Assembly: GCA_964652475.1 (NCBI GenBank)
Contig: CAZZCK010000004.1
Location: 606 to 34,855, forward strand
DNA: 34,250 nt
From: an uncultured Azospirillum sp.
GTDB taxonomy: Bacteria > Pseudomonadota > Alphaproteobacteria > Rickettsiales > UBA3002
Reading direction: 5' to 3'
Position numbers and translations under genes: made by a program. Numbering within the stretch: position 1 is the stretch's first letter; the number at the start of each line of letters is the position of its first letter. The notes under the pieces are model-generated. The model saw only the letters and a list, made by a program, of their open reading frames with translations, was not told where the DNA came from and made no database searches. Below are positions 9,276-19,513 of the stretch, one piece after another.

Positions 9276-10229
9276 TTACTTTTTGCCGGTCACTTCGCTG
9301 CCATCATGCATGACTTTGACAATCGCCGGGCCCAGGACGATCAGAAAAAACGCCGGCATCAGGAGGAAGATCAGCGGTACGGTCATCATCACCGGTAGGC
9401 GCGCGGCTTTGGCCTCAGCTTCGGAAAGGCGCTGGATGCGAAACTCTTCGGACAGCACGCGTAATGTATCGCTCAGCGAAGTGCCAAAGCGCTCGGATTG
9501 AATGAGGGCCGCGATCAGCGAGCGAAAGGCGCTCATGCCGGTGCGCTCGCCGAGATTGCTTAGTGCGCGCACGCGATCGTTGATCAGCGATAGCTCAAGC
9601 CGGGTGCGGTTAAGTTCGGCCGTCATCTCGGGGTAGGCGCGGCCCAGCTCGTTGCATACGCGCATGAGCGCAGCATCAAGCGCGAGGCCGGATTCAACGC
9701 AGATCAGCAGCAGATCAAGCGTATCGGGAAAAGCGCGCTGCAGCAGTTTTTTGCGCTTGTCGATCAGGTTCTGTAGGTAAAGCTTGGGCCCAAAAAGGGC
9801 GATCCCGGCGGTGACGACCCCGAGCAATCCCATGAGAAATGCTTCGTCACCGGTCGCTTGCGTGATAAAAAATAGCGCGAGCATGAGCAAGCCTAACGCA
9901 CCTACGCGCTCGAAAAATAAGTAATATGCCGGTGCATCCGGCGACGTTATACCGGCTTGGGCAAAGCGCCGCTCAAGCGTGCGGCTCGCTTTTTCGGTGT
10001 TGATGCCAAGGCTGCGCAGCAGCCCCATCAGGCGGATGGCTGTGGGGGAGGGTTCGCCCATCAGTCCAAGGGGGGCGGTGCTATCGCCATAATCGTCGAT
10101 CGCGCTGCCATCGGGTGCGATGCGCGCGCGCATGGATTCGCGCAGGCGCTTTTGGGCGAGCGCCATGTCGATTGCAAGATAGCCGCAAAAGACAATAATC
10201 GCGGCGAGTATGGCCAGAACCCACTGCAT
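9276..10229 (-). CDS. tadC: Tad pilus platform protein TadC (T2SS F family)
   Basis: FPDTLDLLLICVESGLALDAA, LIQSERFGTSL and AEAKAARLPVMMTVPL; last gene of the cpa operon. Confidence 0.93.
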   Translation of the reverse strand: MQWVLAILAAIIVFCGYLAIDMALAQKRLRESMRARIAPDGSAIDDYGDSTAPLGLMGEPSPTAIRLMGLLRSLGINTEKASRTLERRFAQAGITSPDAPAYYLFFERVGALGLLMLALFFITQATGDEAFLMGLLGVVTAGIALFGPKLYLQNLIDKRKKLLQRAFPDTLDLLLICVESGLALDAALMRVCNELGRAYPEMTAELNRTRLELSLINDRVRALSNLGERTGMSAFRSLIAALIQSERFGTSLSDTLRVLSEEFRIQRLSEAEAKAARLPVMMTVPLIFLLMPAFFLIVLGPAIVKVMHDGSEVTGKK

Positions 10230-11194
10230 TAAATATCCACGTTGATCATGCTTTTAACCACAAAAAAACAGGTGACAAGTAAGGCAATCGCCCCGCCAAA
10301 GAATTGCTGACCCAGCGGGTCGTTAAAGAAGGGGTCAAGGTAGCCCGGCTGGATGAAGTAAAGTGCGGCAAACACCAGTACGGGTAGGGCGCCAAGCACA
10401 TAGCCGGTGGCGCGGCCTTCCGAGGTCATGGCGTGAATTTTATGACGGATTTGTTTACGTTTCCTGATGATATTGCTCAGGTTGCTGACAATTTCGCCGA
10501 GGTTGCCGCCGGTTTCTTGCTGCACGGTGAGCACGACGACAAAGAAACGGATATCCGGCTCGTTGATGCGCACCGCCAGGCGCGACAGGGCATTCGCTAA
10601 GCTACGGCCCAGGGCCACTTCATCGGTCACCTGACGAAATTCGCTGCGCACCGGCTCTTCCGCATTTTCCGCGAGCATGGTGAGGGCAACCGATAGCGGA
10701 AAGCCCGAGCGTACCGAGCGCACAATCGTATCGAGGGCATCGGGAAATTGGTCGATGAACAGGCGGTTGCGACGGCGAATGCGCGCGCGGCAATGACGTA
10801 GCGGAATGAGATAGCCCAGCAGCAATGCCAGCGGCATGCTGAGTGACGAAAGCCCAAGCGCAAAGCCAAGCACGAGCGCCCCGCCAAACGACAGCAGAAT
10901 GATGATGAGCAGTTTTTGGAAATGATTTTGGTAGCCTGCCTCAAGGCCAAGTTTATAAAGCGGCTGCATGATGGATAGGCTAAAAACAGCACGAATCAGC
11001 GGCGGAAAGTCGGCGAGCTGATCGCGCAGCACCTCAGTGCGGTCCTGATCGGAGGCGCGGTTTTCCTCGGCTAAGCGGTCGAGCGCTTCGCGCAGATAGC
11101 TATCGGATTCTTTCGGCACAGCTTTGGGGACGGCGAGTACAAAGACGATGTATGCCGCAACCCCGGCAGCAAGCGATAGCAGTAATGGGCTCAT
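10229..11194 (-). CDS. tadB: Tad pilus platform protein TadB (T2SS F family)
   Basis: QFPDALDTIVRSVRSG, QQETGGNLGE and AMTSEGR; lies between cpaF and tadC. Confidence 0.93.
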   Translation of the reverse strand: MSPLLLSLAAGVAAYIVFVLAVPKAVPKESDSYLREALDRLAEENRASDQDRTEVLRDQLADFPPLIRAVFSLSIMQPLYKLGLEAGYQNHFQKLLIIILLSFGGALVLGFALGLSSLSMPLALLLGYLIPLRHCRARIRRRNRLFIDQFPDALDTIVRSVRSGFPLSVALTMLAENAEEPVRSEFRQVTDEVALGRSLANALSRLAVRINEPDIRFFVVVLTVQQETGGNLGEIVSNLSNIIRKRKQIRHKIHAMTSEGRATGYVLGALPVLVFAALYFIQPGYLDPFFNDPLGQQFFGGAIALLVTCFFVVKSMINVDI

Positions 11195-12699
11195 CGCAAC
11201 CCTCCCGCCCCGCTGGTGATTGAGCGGCGCATATCTTCATCGCGGCCATAATATTGGGCGCGTGTGAGGCTAAGCGGAGTGACGGGGTGCGTGATAAACT
11301 CGCCCTCGAGCATACCGTTTGCCCCCATGCGATGCGCAACATACGAGAATAAGGTTTGGCTTTGGATCGCGCCGTCGCTCGTGCCCAGAATTTCCTCGAT
11401 ATGGGTGATGCGGCGCACCCCGTCGCGCATACGCTGGATCTGCACGATCAGCTGAATGGCGCTGGCGATCTGGTAGCGCAGCGAACTGGTGGTCACCTGC
11501 ACCGACGACATCGCCACCAGATTTTCGATACGCAGCAAGCAATCCTTCGGCGAGTTGGCATGGATCGTGGCCATCGAGCCGTCATGCCCGGTATTCATCG
11601 CCGACAGCACGTCGATAACCTCATCGCCGCGCATCTCACCCAGAATAATCCGGTCGGGCCGCATCCGCAGCGCATTGCGCACCAGCTGACGCTGGTTGAT
11701 TTCGCCGCGCCCTTCGGTCGATGCCGGCCGTGTCTCAAGGCGCAGTACATGCGGTTGATGCAGTAATAGCTCCGCCGCATCCTCGATGGTGATGACGCGT
11801 TCACTGGCATCGATATGCCCCGATAGCGCATTGAGTAGCGTGGTTTTGCCCGAGCCGGTACCGCCCGAGATGATGATGTTGAGGCGGATCGCCGCTGCAA
11901 TACCTAAAAACTCGGCCATCGCCGGGCTCATCGATTGCAGGCCGACATAATCGACGAGCGGCATTTTATGCTTCTTGAATTTGCGGATCGAGACTAGCGC
12001 CCCATCGAGCGCGAGCGGTGGAATGATGGCGTTGAAACGCGAACCATCGGGCATACGCGCATCGACCATCGGGTTGGCCTCATCGATCCGTCGTCCGACC
12101 CGGCTGACAATGCGCTGAATCACCCCAACCAGATGCTGCTCGTTGGCAAAGACAATATCGGTCATCAGCATTTTGCCTTTGATCTCGATATAGACATGCC
12201 GGGCAGTGTTGATCATGATGTCGTTGACATCGGCGTCACGCAAGAGCGGCTCGATCGGGCCAAAGCCAAGAATCTCATCGATTGCCTGGGCGCTGAGCAG
12301 GGCGATTTGTTTGGCCGTGAGCGGCACACTGATTTTGGGGATGATTTTTTCGCAGGCCTCCGCGACGCGGGCGCGTTTTTTATCGGGCGTGAATTGCTCG
12401 AGCGCCTGGAAATCCACCTGGTCGAGCAGCTCGCTGATCAGCTCTTGTTTGGCCGCGCTGTAATCGGCGGTCTCAAGGTTCATATCGCGGTAGCGGATGA
12501 GGCTTGCCGCCTGATCAATGATGGGTTTGCCGGTACTTGCCACATTACTTTTCAGGCTTGCGGCTTCGATGCGCTGGCCATCACTGAGGGGTGGCGTAAC
12601 GGGCGTGGGCACAGAAACATTACCCTCGAGCGGCACTGCTGGTGACGCCTCAGCGCCGCTTGGATGGATAATCGGATCGGCCTGTTTTTTACCAAACAT
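11191..12699 (-). CDS. cpaF: Tad pilus assembly ATPase CpaF/TadA
   Basis: MFGKK start, Walker [31 protein letters not shown] and [16 protein letters not shown]. Confidence 0.97.
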   Translation of the reverse strand: MFGKKQADPIIHPSGAEASPAVPLEGNVSVPTPVTPPLSDGQRIEAASLKSNVASTGKPIIDQAASLIRYRDMNLETADYSAAKQELISELLDQVDFQALEQFTPDKKRARVAEACEKIIPKISVPLTAKQIALLSAQAIDEILGFGPIEPLLRDADVNDIMINTARHVYIEIKGKMLMTDIVFANEQHLVGVIQRIVSRVGRRIDEANPMVDARMPDGSRFNAIIPPLALDGALVSIRKFKKHKMPLVDYVGLQSMSPAMAEFLGIAAAIRLNIIISGGTGSGKTTLLNALSGHIDASERVITIEDAAELLLHQPHVLRLETRPASTEGRGEINQRQLVRNALRMRPDRIILGEMRGDEVIDVLSAMNTGHDGSMATIHANSPKDCLLRIENLVAMSSVQVTTSSLRYQIASAIQLIVQIQRMRDGVRRITHIEEILGTSDGAIQSQTLFSYVAHRMGANGMLEGEFITHPVTPLSLTRAQYYGRDEDMRRSITSGAGGLR

Positions 12700-12705
12700 C
12701 CGGCC

Positions 12706-13917
12706 CTATCCTTTGCGCCGGCTGAAAAGGCCACCGCGTTTTTCATCGACTGCTTGGGGGTTCGCCATGCCCATGAGATCATAGGCCAGGCGGTTAATAT
12801 CGGCCGATAGAGGGCTTGCGGCTTGTTCCATCACCGTGGTTGCGGCCGCTTCGGCCATGACAATGGTGCGAATATCGTTGCTCATCGCGTAGCGAATGGG
12901 AATGCCGCAGACGCGCTCAAAATCCTTGGGCTCGATCGCCTCTTTGAACTTGGCGCCCGAGCGGTTGATGATGGCGGTGACCCGCTCGATCGGGGTTGAA
13001 ATATCGCGCAATGCCCGCATCATCCGCGCCGCGTGCGACACCGATTTGAGCCATAATTGCGCGACTAAAACCAATTGCGTGGCTTGGCTGGTGGCCGCCG
13101 TCACCCACGGCAGCCAGACATGCGGCAGGTCGATAATCACCGTGTCGTAATTGGCGCTCAAGGTGCTGATGAGATCGGCAATTACGGTGGTATCGATGCT
13201 CGGCAAATAGCGTAGCTCGGGTGGCGCGGTAATCACATGCAGCTTCTGATAGCTCGCGACCATGCGGTTAATGAGCACGCTATCGACCCCGCGCCCGGGG
13301 TGATCGAGCAGGTCGCCGATGCCGTATTGGTTTTTAAGGCCCAGCTGTTTAGCGACCATACCGAATTGATAATCCATATCGACGAGCACGGTGTGGCCAT
13401 TGCTGATCTGGCTGATGGCGTAGGCGGTGTTGAGTGCAATGGTCGAGGCTCCATCGCCCGAGGCCGCACTCATGAAGACGATCACGCGCTTTTGCCCGCT
13501 GCTACGTTGACTGACAGTCGGCGATAGCGGTGCTGCGCTGGCGGCCCCCGATGCGGGCGCGGTGAGGGTGGCAATCACGCTGTTGGCATTGGCCGGGTGT
13601 GGCAAATAATCAAGCACACCGCGGGCGATAATGGCGCGGTAGAGCGAAATATCATTCGTGTTGCCTACCGCAATCACCCGCGTGCCGGGCTCGCATTGCT
13701 GCGCGAGATGGTCGATTTCCGTGAGCACATCCTGGCCGCGCGCACCGATATCAAGCACGAGATGCGATGGGTTGATTCTATCTCGTACCATCCGTTCGGC
13801 CGCCTGGCCCGGAGTGCTGACAAAAATATGATGTGCCGCCGGCTTTGCCACCGTCACCAGGCTTTGCGCCCAGGCTTCGTGGGTGGGATCGCTCAGGATG
13901 ATAACCAGATGACGCAT
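12706..13917 (-). CDS. cpaE: CpaE/TadZ localisation factor (atypical receiver domain plus MinD/ParA-like domain)
   Basis: VIAVGNTNDISLYRAIIARGVLDYL, degenerate P-loop SAASGDGAST, LVDMDYQFG, YDTVIIDLP and an amphipathic C-terminus GGLFSRRKG. Confidence 0.9.
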   Translation of the reverse strand: MRHLVIILSDPTHEAWAQSLVTVAKPAAHHIFVSTPGQAAERMVRDRINPSHLVLDIGARGQDVLTEIDHLAQQCEPGTRVIAVGNTNDISLYRAIIARGVLDYLPHPANANSVIATLTAPASGAASAAPLSPTVSQRSSGQKRVIVFMSAASGDGASTIALNTAYAISQISNGHTVLVDMDYQFGMVAKQLGLKNQYGIGDLLDHPGRGVDSVLINRMVASYQKLHVITAPPELRYLPSIDTTVIADLISTLSANYDTVIIDLPHVWLPWVTAATSQATQLVLVAQLWLKSVSHAARMMRALRDISTPIERVTAIINRSGAKFKEAIEPKDFERVCGIPIRYAMSNDIRTIVMAEAAATTVMEQAASPLSADINRLAYDLMGMANPQAVDEKRGGLFSRRKG

Positions 13918-13962
13918 ACGAATTCCTAAACTAAATCCATTGAGGGTGGCGCACTAGGCACG

Positions 13963-13991
13963 ACTATAGCCTCCTGCCGCCATGCTTGCCA
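13963..13991 (-). promoter_or_regulatory. Putative internal sigma70 promoter upstream of cpaE
   Basis: Minus strand reads TGGCAA-N17-TATAGT, in the only sizeable gap (78 bp) of the operon. Confidence 0.35.
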
Positions 13992-13995
13992 CGCA

Positions 13996-14598
13996 TTATT
14001 CGCTCGACGCGGCGCTGACGGCAGATTGCTCGACCGTATACGGGTCGACAATCGGGCGCGGTGCATAGGCGCGGCCAATATCATTGACGGCGCGGGTGGC
14101 GGGCGCAGGGTCGAGCTTGTTGGGTGCGGTGAATTGTTTTTTGTCGCTGACATGCTGGACGATATTGGCGGCAACGGAACAGCCAAAATTGGTGCTGTTG
14201 ACGTTGTAGAAATTCGCCTGGGTATCAACGAAGCGCGGATCACAGTCGCGCGCGGTCACTCGCTCATAGACAAGCGTGACCTCGGGTTTTGGCGTTGCAT
14301 TGCTGGCCGGCACTATGGAAACACCCCGTGCCGTCAGGATTTTTTTTGCCTCATTGCAGGATTTTTCTGTGGCAGTGCATGTCAGCTGTGCGCGGCTGGG
14401 TTTATCGCGCGCGATCCAGTCGGTAAGTTCGCGGCGCTCAGCCGTGCTGCTGATGCCCAACGTCACTACTTCGGTGGAATGGTCAAGCAGTGATTCGGGT
14501 CTTCCACGGCTGGCGAATTGATCCTCGTTGGGCGCAATACCACAGCCAGCCAGTGTTGCCAGGCAGAGTGCGGAATATGCAGCATAGAGTAAACGCAT
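13996..14598 (-). CDS. cpaD: CpaD-family pilus assembly lipoprotein
   Basis: Lipobox LAGC, C-terminal NFGCSVAANI resembling the CpaD motif, position between the secretin and cpaE, and SD AGGAG. Confidence 0.8.
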   Translation of the reverse strand: MRLLYAAYSALCLATLAGCGIAPNEDQFASRGRPESLLDHSTEVVTLGISSTAERRELTDWIARDKPSRAQLTCTATEKSCNEAKKILTARGVSIVPASNATPKPEVTLVYERVTARDCDPRFVDTQANFYNVNSTNFGCSVAANIVQHVSDKKQFTAPNKLDPAPATRAVNDIGRAYAPRPIVDPYTVEQSAVSAASSE

Positions 14599-14606
14599 AG
14601 ATACTC

Positions 14607-16082
14607 CTAATTATCGGTCATGAAGCCCGTCGGGCCTTCAAGGCTGGGCTCTTTGCTGCCACGGGTTGATCCGAGTGCGCCGAAAAACACGCTCTCCATG
14701 AAGCTCGCCGGGCGGAAATCATCGGTCGGGAGTTTAATATCCGACCCCTTGACGGGATCAACCAGATAGGGCGTCACCGAAATCACCAGTTCGGTTTCGT
14801 TGCGCGCATAGGCGGTCGAGCGGAACAAGGCGCCGAGCACCGGCACGTCCCCCGCACCGGGCAGCTGGTCGATGGTGGTGTTGATATCGTCGCGGATTAA
14901 ACCGGCGATCATGAAGCTCTCGCCCGGAGCCAGCTCGACGGTGGTTGCGGCACGGCGGGTGATGAGCGATGGGGCAGTGAAGCCGTCGCTGGTGCGTAGC
15001 GAGTTCTGATTACTGATCTCCGACACTTCGGGGTTCACCTGAATGCGAATGCGGTTGGGGCTGAGCACGTAGGGCGTGAATTTCAAGGCTACCCCGAACG
15101 GTTTATACTCGATCGTGGTCGTGCCTTGCTGCTGCGGTACGGGGATGGGGAATTCGCCCCCAGCGAGGAATTGCGCCTCTTCACCCGAGAGTGCGGTGAG
15201 GTTCGGTTCGGCCAGAATTTTGATCAGCCCGTTGCGCTCGAGTGCCTCAAGGGCGGCACCCACCCCGCTACGCCGGTTAGTGTAAATCGAGCCGGTGAAA
15301 AAGGCGCTGGTCGAGCCCGAGGGCTGCACCGTGCCGTATTGGAAACTGCCGTTATCGCCGGTATCTCCTGCAACTACGCGGCCAATGCCGGTGCCGATCG
15401 AGAGTGGCAGATCATTGCCAAATGCCTGCAAGCTGACCCCAAGATTACGCACCGCGGAACGCTGCGCCTCGCCGATACGGATGCGCAGCATCACCTGCTG
15501 CCCGGCGCTGATTTTCATGAGGTTAAGGACGGGGGAGGGGTTGCTCGCGCCGTCATACACCTCACGCTTGGCAACGCGCTCGTTCGTCGATTTACCGTAA
15601 ATAAACTCCTCGGCCAGCTGCATGGCGGTGGCAGCCGCGGCGGCACTCGAAACGTCGCCGGTTAAGGCCATGCGGGTATTGACCATGCTCACCCCGATGC
15701 GCTCATTCGGCAGGAATTGTTTCAGCGCACGACGCACCGCGGGTAAGTCGTAGCTGACATAGACATCCACATTGCGGATGGTTTTGCCGTTCGCGTCGAA
15801 CAGGCGCAGCGTCGTTTGCCCAACCTGTAAGCCGATGACCGAGACTTTGCGTTTACCATGAACGAGCACGTTCGCGACTTCGGGGTCGGTGATGACCACT
15901 TCGGCCATGTCGCTCGTCGTGGTAATTAATTCTGAGCGGTTGATTGGCACATAAAACGCCGAACCACTACTGTTTGTACTGCTTGCTGCATGGGCCATGA
16001 GTGCGAAGCAAGCAACCATCGTCGCGATCAATGCGTAAGCCGCACGGGTGTAAAATCTTGAAAAATGAGCGATGTGGGTCAT
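14607..16082 (-). CDS. cpaC: Tad secretin CpaC/RcpA
   Basis: Signal peptide, BON-like segment, QQVMLRIRIGE, LAEPNLTALSGEEAQFLAGGEFPIP, VPVLGALFRS and ETELVISVTPYLV. Confidence 0.95.
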   Translation of the reverse strand: MTHIAHFSRFYTRAAYALIATMVACFALMAHAASSTNSSGSAFYVPINRSELITTTSDMAEVVITDPEVANVLVHGKRKVSVIGLQVGQTTLRLFDANGKTIRNVDVYVSYDLPAVRRALKQFLPNERIGVSMVNTRMALTGDVSSAAAAATAMQLAEEFIYGKSTNERVAKREVYDGASNPSPVLNLMKISAGQQVMLRIRIGEAQRSAVRNLGVSLQAFGNDLPLSIGTGIGRVVAGDTGDNGSFQYGTVQPSGSTSAFFTGSIYTNRRSGVGAALEALERNGLIKILAEPNLTALSGEEAQFLAGGEFPIPVPQQQGTTTIEYKPFGVALKFTPYVLSPNRIRIQVNPEVSEISNQNSLRTSDGFTAPSLITRRAATTVELAPGESFMIAGLIRDDINTTIDQLPGAGDVPVLGALFRSTAYARNETELVISVTPYLVDPVKGSDIKLPTDDFRPASFMESVFFGALGSTRGSKEPSLEGPTGFMTDN

Positions 16083-17032
16083 GGGCGCGCCGCCAGATTC
16101 GGGTTAATGACGGTGCCAATGGGTGGTGCGCCGACATTGGTTTGCGGGATGCTGTTCGATTCGGTTTCCTTGACAACACTGGGCGCGCCACGCACGATTT
16201 TGATCCCGCTATCGGCACGCGCTGGCGGTGCGGCATTATCCACCGATTGCGAGACATCCCCCTTGGTGGTCAGCAATAGCGGGTCGGCCGATTCACGGTC
16301 TTCAAGTGCGCGCAAGGCAAGGCTCAATGTCCCGGTTTTAGCGGCCAGACGAATACGTTGCGCATCCGCTTGCGAGACCATCAGCGAGGCCGAACGCGGG
16401 ATTAAGAGATTGCCGTTTGCATCCACTGCAGTGCCGCCCGAGGCGCGCTGATCGATCGCCACCACTTTGACATTGGTCAGCAAGGTTTCGCTCACGGTTT
16501 CTTTGGTTTTGGTTGCGCTCACCGCATTGGGGTCGGTCGCGCTCGCGGCCGGCGTATATTCCGTTTTCTCGACATCATGCGTATAGATCACATCCACCCG
16601 GTCACCCGGAAAGACAAACCCGGCCACACCATCGGTTTCGTTGACCGCAATGGTTACGACGCGTTGGCCCTTGGGCAGGTCGCCCGCTAGAAAGTTCGGG
16701 TCGCTCGGGTTGGCGAGCTTCGATTGGATAATCGGCTCGTTTTGCTGAAATGGTGCACGGGCGATCGAGCCCACCACATTCGTTTTGCCATCGGCGATGA
16801 CAAAGCTCGGCAAGGCCAGCTGCTCGGGCCAAGGTTGGGCGGCCAGCATATCGGCGCTGATGGTGGCACCAAGCGCAATCGGCCGCGCCGCGACATAGAC
16901 ATTCAGCGTTTTTTGCTCGATCGCCTGTGGGGCGACCACTGGGGCTTGCGCCTGCTCGGCCGACATGCGCAAGACAACCACCGCTGCAATCGCAGCAAAG
17001 ACGATAGCAGCAATTAAACCACCAAATCGCAT
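16079..17032 (-). CDS. cpaB: Flp pilus assembly protein CpaB/RcpC
   Basis: N-terminal TM helix, SAF domain (VYVAARPIALG), GVAGFVFPGDRVDVI, LLTNVKVVAIDQ and GTLSLALR. Confidence 0.95.
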   Translation of the reverse strand: MRFGGLIAAIVFAAIAAVVVLRMSAEQAQAPVVAPQAIEQKTLNVYVAARPIALGATISADMLAAQPWPEQLALPSFVIADGKTNVVGSIARAPFQQNEPIIQSKLANPSDPNFLAGDLPKGQRVVTIAVNETDGVAGFVFPGDRVDVIYTHDVEKTEYTPAASATDPNAVSATKTKETVSETLLTNVKVVAIDQRASGGTAVDANGNLLIPRSASLMVSQADAQRIRLAAKTGTLSLALRALEDRESADPLLLTTKGDVSQSVDNAAPPARADSGIKIVRGAPSVVKETESNSIPQTNVGAPPIGTVINPNLAARP

Positions 17033-17104
17033 GAATGTTAGCCCCTGTGTATAAGTAATAGGTCGATCGTGTGTCCGGCCACTCTAAGTAAGAGCAAGAC
17101 GATT

Positions 17105-17140
17105 GATTCAAGCTAAATGGATTCATTAAACCATCGTCAA
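17105..17140. promoter_or_regulatory. Candidate CtrA box with two adjacent GANTC sites upstream of cpaB
   Basis: TTAA-ACCATCG-TCAA (17126-17140) has one mismatch to TTAA-N7-TTAA and overlaps a minus-strand TTGACG. GATTC occurs at 17105 and 17120. Confidence 0.4.
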
Positions 17141-17268
17141 GCATAAAGATGCCAATCGGGATGTGGATCGATCGATCGGTCGTAGGTGACGAAAAATCGT
17201 TGCGGCAATATCACGGCTCGCTATGGTGCGGTACTTTTTACGTATCAGCGGATATTAAGGATGCCCAG

Positions 17269-18825
17269 GTGAGCGCACAGGACGAACGGATATTGATTCT
17301 CGATTTTGGCTCGCAGGTCACGCAGCTGATTGCCCGGCGCGTGCGCGAGGCCGGAGCCTATTGCGAGATTCATCCGTTCACCATGACGCTCGAGGCGGTG
17401 CGCGGCTTCGGTGCGCGTGGGATTGTCCTATCCGGCGGCCCGGCATCGGTGCATGCGGGGGCATCGCCGAGTATCGACCCCGCACTCTTCGGGCTTGGTA
17501 TCCCGGTCTTGGGCATTTGTTATGGCGAGCAGCTGATGTGTCAGCTCCTCGGTGGCTCGGTCGTGGCCGGCGAGACGCGCGAGTTTGGTCGCGCGGATGT
17601 CGAGGTGGTCGCGGGCAACGCCTTGTTCGCGGATGTCTGGCAAGCCGGTCGCTCCTACCCGGTATGGATGAGCCATGGCGATAAGGTCGCAAAATTGCCC
17701 GAGGGGTTTCAGGTCGTGGCGAAAACGGGGAGTGCGCCCTTCGCGGCGATCGCCCACGAGGCGCGGCGACTTTACGGCGTGCAGTTCCACCCCGAGGTGG
17801 CGCATACCCCAGATGGCGCTAAGCTGATTGCCAATTTCGTGCGCCGTATTTGTGGCTGCCATGGGCAATGGAGCATGCAGGCCTTCCGCACCGGGCAGAT
17901 CGAAAAAATCCGTGCGCAAGTGGGTAACAAGCGGGTGATTTGCGGCGTGTCGGGCGGGGTCGATTCTTCGGTAGTGGCGAAATTGCTGCATGAGGCGATC
18001 GGCGACCAGCTAACCTCGATTTTTGTTGATACCGGCATGCTGCGCTTGAACGAAGGCCAGGAAGTGAAGGCACGTTTCGAAGAGCATTATAAAATCCCGC
18101 TACTCTATATCGATGCCAGCCAGTTATTTTTACAGCGCTTAGCCGGGGTGAGCGACCCCGAGCGCAAACGTAAAATCATCGGCGAGACTTTTATTGAAGT
18201 GTTCGAGCAGGAGGCCTCGCGCATCGAGGGGGTCGATTTTTTGGCGCAAGGCACGCTCTACCCCGATGTGATTGAGTCGATTTCATTTCATGGCGGCCCG
18301 AGCGTGACCATCAAATCGCACCATAATGTTGGTGGGCTACCGGCGCGTATGCGTATGGAATTGGTCGAGCCGCTGCGTGAATTATTCAAGGACGAAGTGC
18401 GCGTGCTCGGCATGGAGCTTGGCATTCCGCGTGACCTGGTGGCGCGTCACCCCTTCCCCGGGCCGGGCTTGGCCATACGCATTCCGGGTGAGGTGACGCT
18501 CGAGAAGCTGAATCTGCTACGCGCCGCCGATGCGATTTATATCGAGGAGTTGCGCAAGCACGGGCTGTACGACCAGATCTGGCAGGCCTTTGCGGTCCTG
18601 CTGCCGGTGCGCACGGTCGGCGTCATGGGTGATGCCCGCACCTATGAATCGGTCTGTGGCTTACGCGCAGTCACCAGCAGCGACGGGATGACGGCGGATG
18701 TATTCCATTTCCCATCGGAGATTCTACATACCATTGCCGTACGTATTATTAATGAAGTGCGTGGCATTAACCGGGTGGTCTATGATATTACGAGCAAGCC
18801 GCCGGCGACGATCGAATGGGAATAG
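17269..18825 (+). CDS. guaA: GMP synthase (glutamine-hydrolysing)
   Basis: [39 protein letters not shown] and [13 protein letters not shown] 17269 preferred as start over 17149. Confidence 0.99.
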   Translation: MSAQDERILILDFGSQVTQLIARRVREAGAYCEIHPFTMTLEAVRGFGARGIVLSGGPASVHAGASPSIDPALFGLGIPVLGICYGEQLMCQLLGGSVVAGETREFGRADVEVVAGNALFADVWQAGRSYPVWMSHGDKVAKLPEGFQVVAKTGSAPFAAIAHEARRLYGVQFHPEVAHTPDGAKLIANFVRRICGCHGQWSMQAFRTGQIEKIRAQVGNKRVICGVSGGVDSSVVAKLLHEAIGDQLTSIFVDTGMLRLNEGQEVKARFEEHYKIPLLYIDASQLFLQRLAGVSDPERKRKIIGETFIEVFEQEASRIEGVDFLAQGTLYPDVIESISFHGGPSVTIKSHHNVGGLPARMRMELVEPLRELFKDEVRVLGMELGIPRDLVARHPFPGPGLAIRIPGEVTLEKLNLLRAADAIYIEELRKHGLYDQIWQAFAVLLPVRTVGVMGDARTYESVCGLRAVTSSDGMTADVFHFPSEILHTIAVRIINEVRGINRVVYDITSKPPATIEWE

Positions 18826-18838
18826 TGGGAGCATAATC

Positions 18839-19513
18839 ATGGCCGATAATTTATTGAGTGAAGTCGACCAGGCCTTGCGCGCCGAGCGTGCAGTGGCCCT
18901 GTGGCGCACCTACCGCACCCGGCTGATTGCGCTGGCGGCACTGCTTATTGCCGCGGTGGCGGGCAATAGCCTGTGGCAATATCAGCGCGAGTGGCGTGGC
19001 AGTGAGACCATGCGCGCACTGGCTGCGGCGCAAACCCTGCTTGCCGAGAAAAAACCGCTCGAAGCAGCTAAGGCCTTTTCGAATGTCGTGATGACGGGTC
19101 ATGGGTCGGTAAGAACCCTGGCGCGGATTTGGCAAGCCAAAGCGTTGGTAATCGCCAACAACGAACCCGAAGCGGTGGCAGTGCTAAAAACCGCTGTCAG
19201 CACCAGCCACGGGGATGTGTGGGGCGATATTGCCTGTCTGCGCTTAGCGGCGCTTGACGCCGCCTCGGCTGAGCCATGCCTCACCGCCGCGGGAGATTCC
19301 CCGCTTGCAACCACCCGTACCGAGTGGCGCATCGCCGAGTATTGGGCCGCGGGCGAGGATGAAAAAGCCATCGCCGCGCTTGAGGCGTTGCTTGCCAGCA
19401 CGGCGAAGGATGAAACGATCAACCCCGAGGCCCGCGAGCGTTGGACCCAGTGGCTCGCCACCTTAAACGCTGCCGACCCGAAACGCGCCAAGGCTACCCC
19501 CACGCATGAGTAA
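18839..19513 (+). CDS. YfgM/DUF2659-like single-TM TPR-type protein
   Basis: N-terminus MADNLLSEVDQALRAER..LW, then a TM helix and helical repeats. Canonical position before bamB; SD GGGAG. Confidence 0.8.
   Translation: MADNLLSEVDQALRAERAVALWRTYRTRLIALAALLIAAVAGNSLWQYQREWRGSETMRALAAAQTLLAEKKPLEAAKAFSNVVMTGHGSVRTLARIWQAKALVIANNEPEAVAVLKTAVSTSHGDVWGDIACLRLAALDAASAEPCLTAAGDSPLATTRTEWRIAEYWAAGEDEKAIAALEALLASTAKDETINPEARERWTQWLATLNAADPKRAKATPTHE

Noticed and set aside
16602-17144. 180-aa minus-strand ORF extending upstream of cpaB, checked as a possible Flp pilin or CpaA
   Set aside because: Out-of-frame overlap with cpaB, with no G|xxxxEY motif or peptidase TM pattern.
17149-17268. 40-aa N-terminal extension of GuaA in the ORF track
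   Set aside because: Homology begins at [11 protein letters not shown], and GTG 17269 has an SD-like AAGGA upstream. No purine riboswitch consensus seen either.
18698-18838. Extended start of the YfgM-like ORF
   Set aside because: Overlaps guaA; the family-like N-terminus and SD point to ATG 18839.
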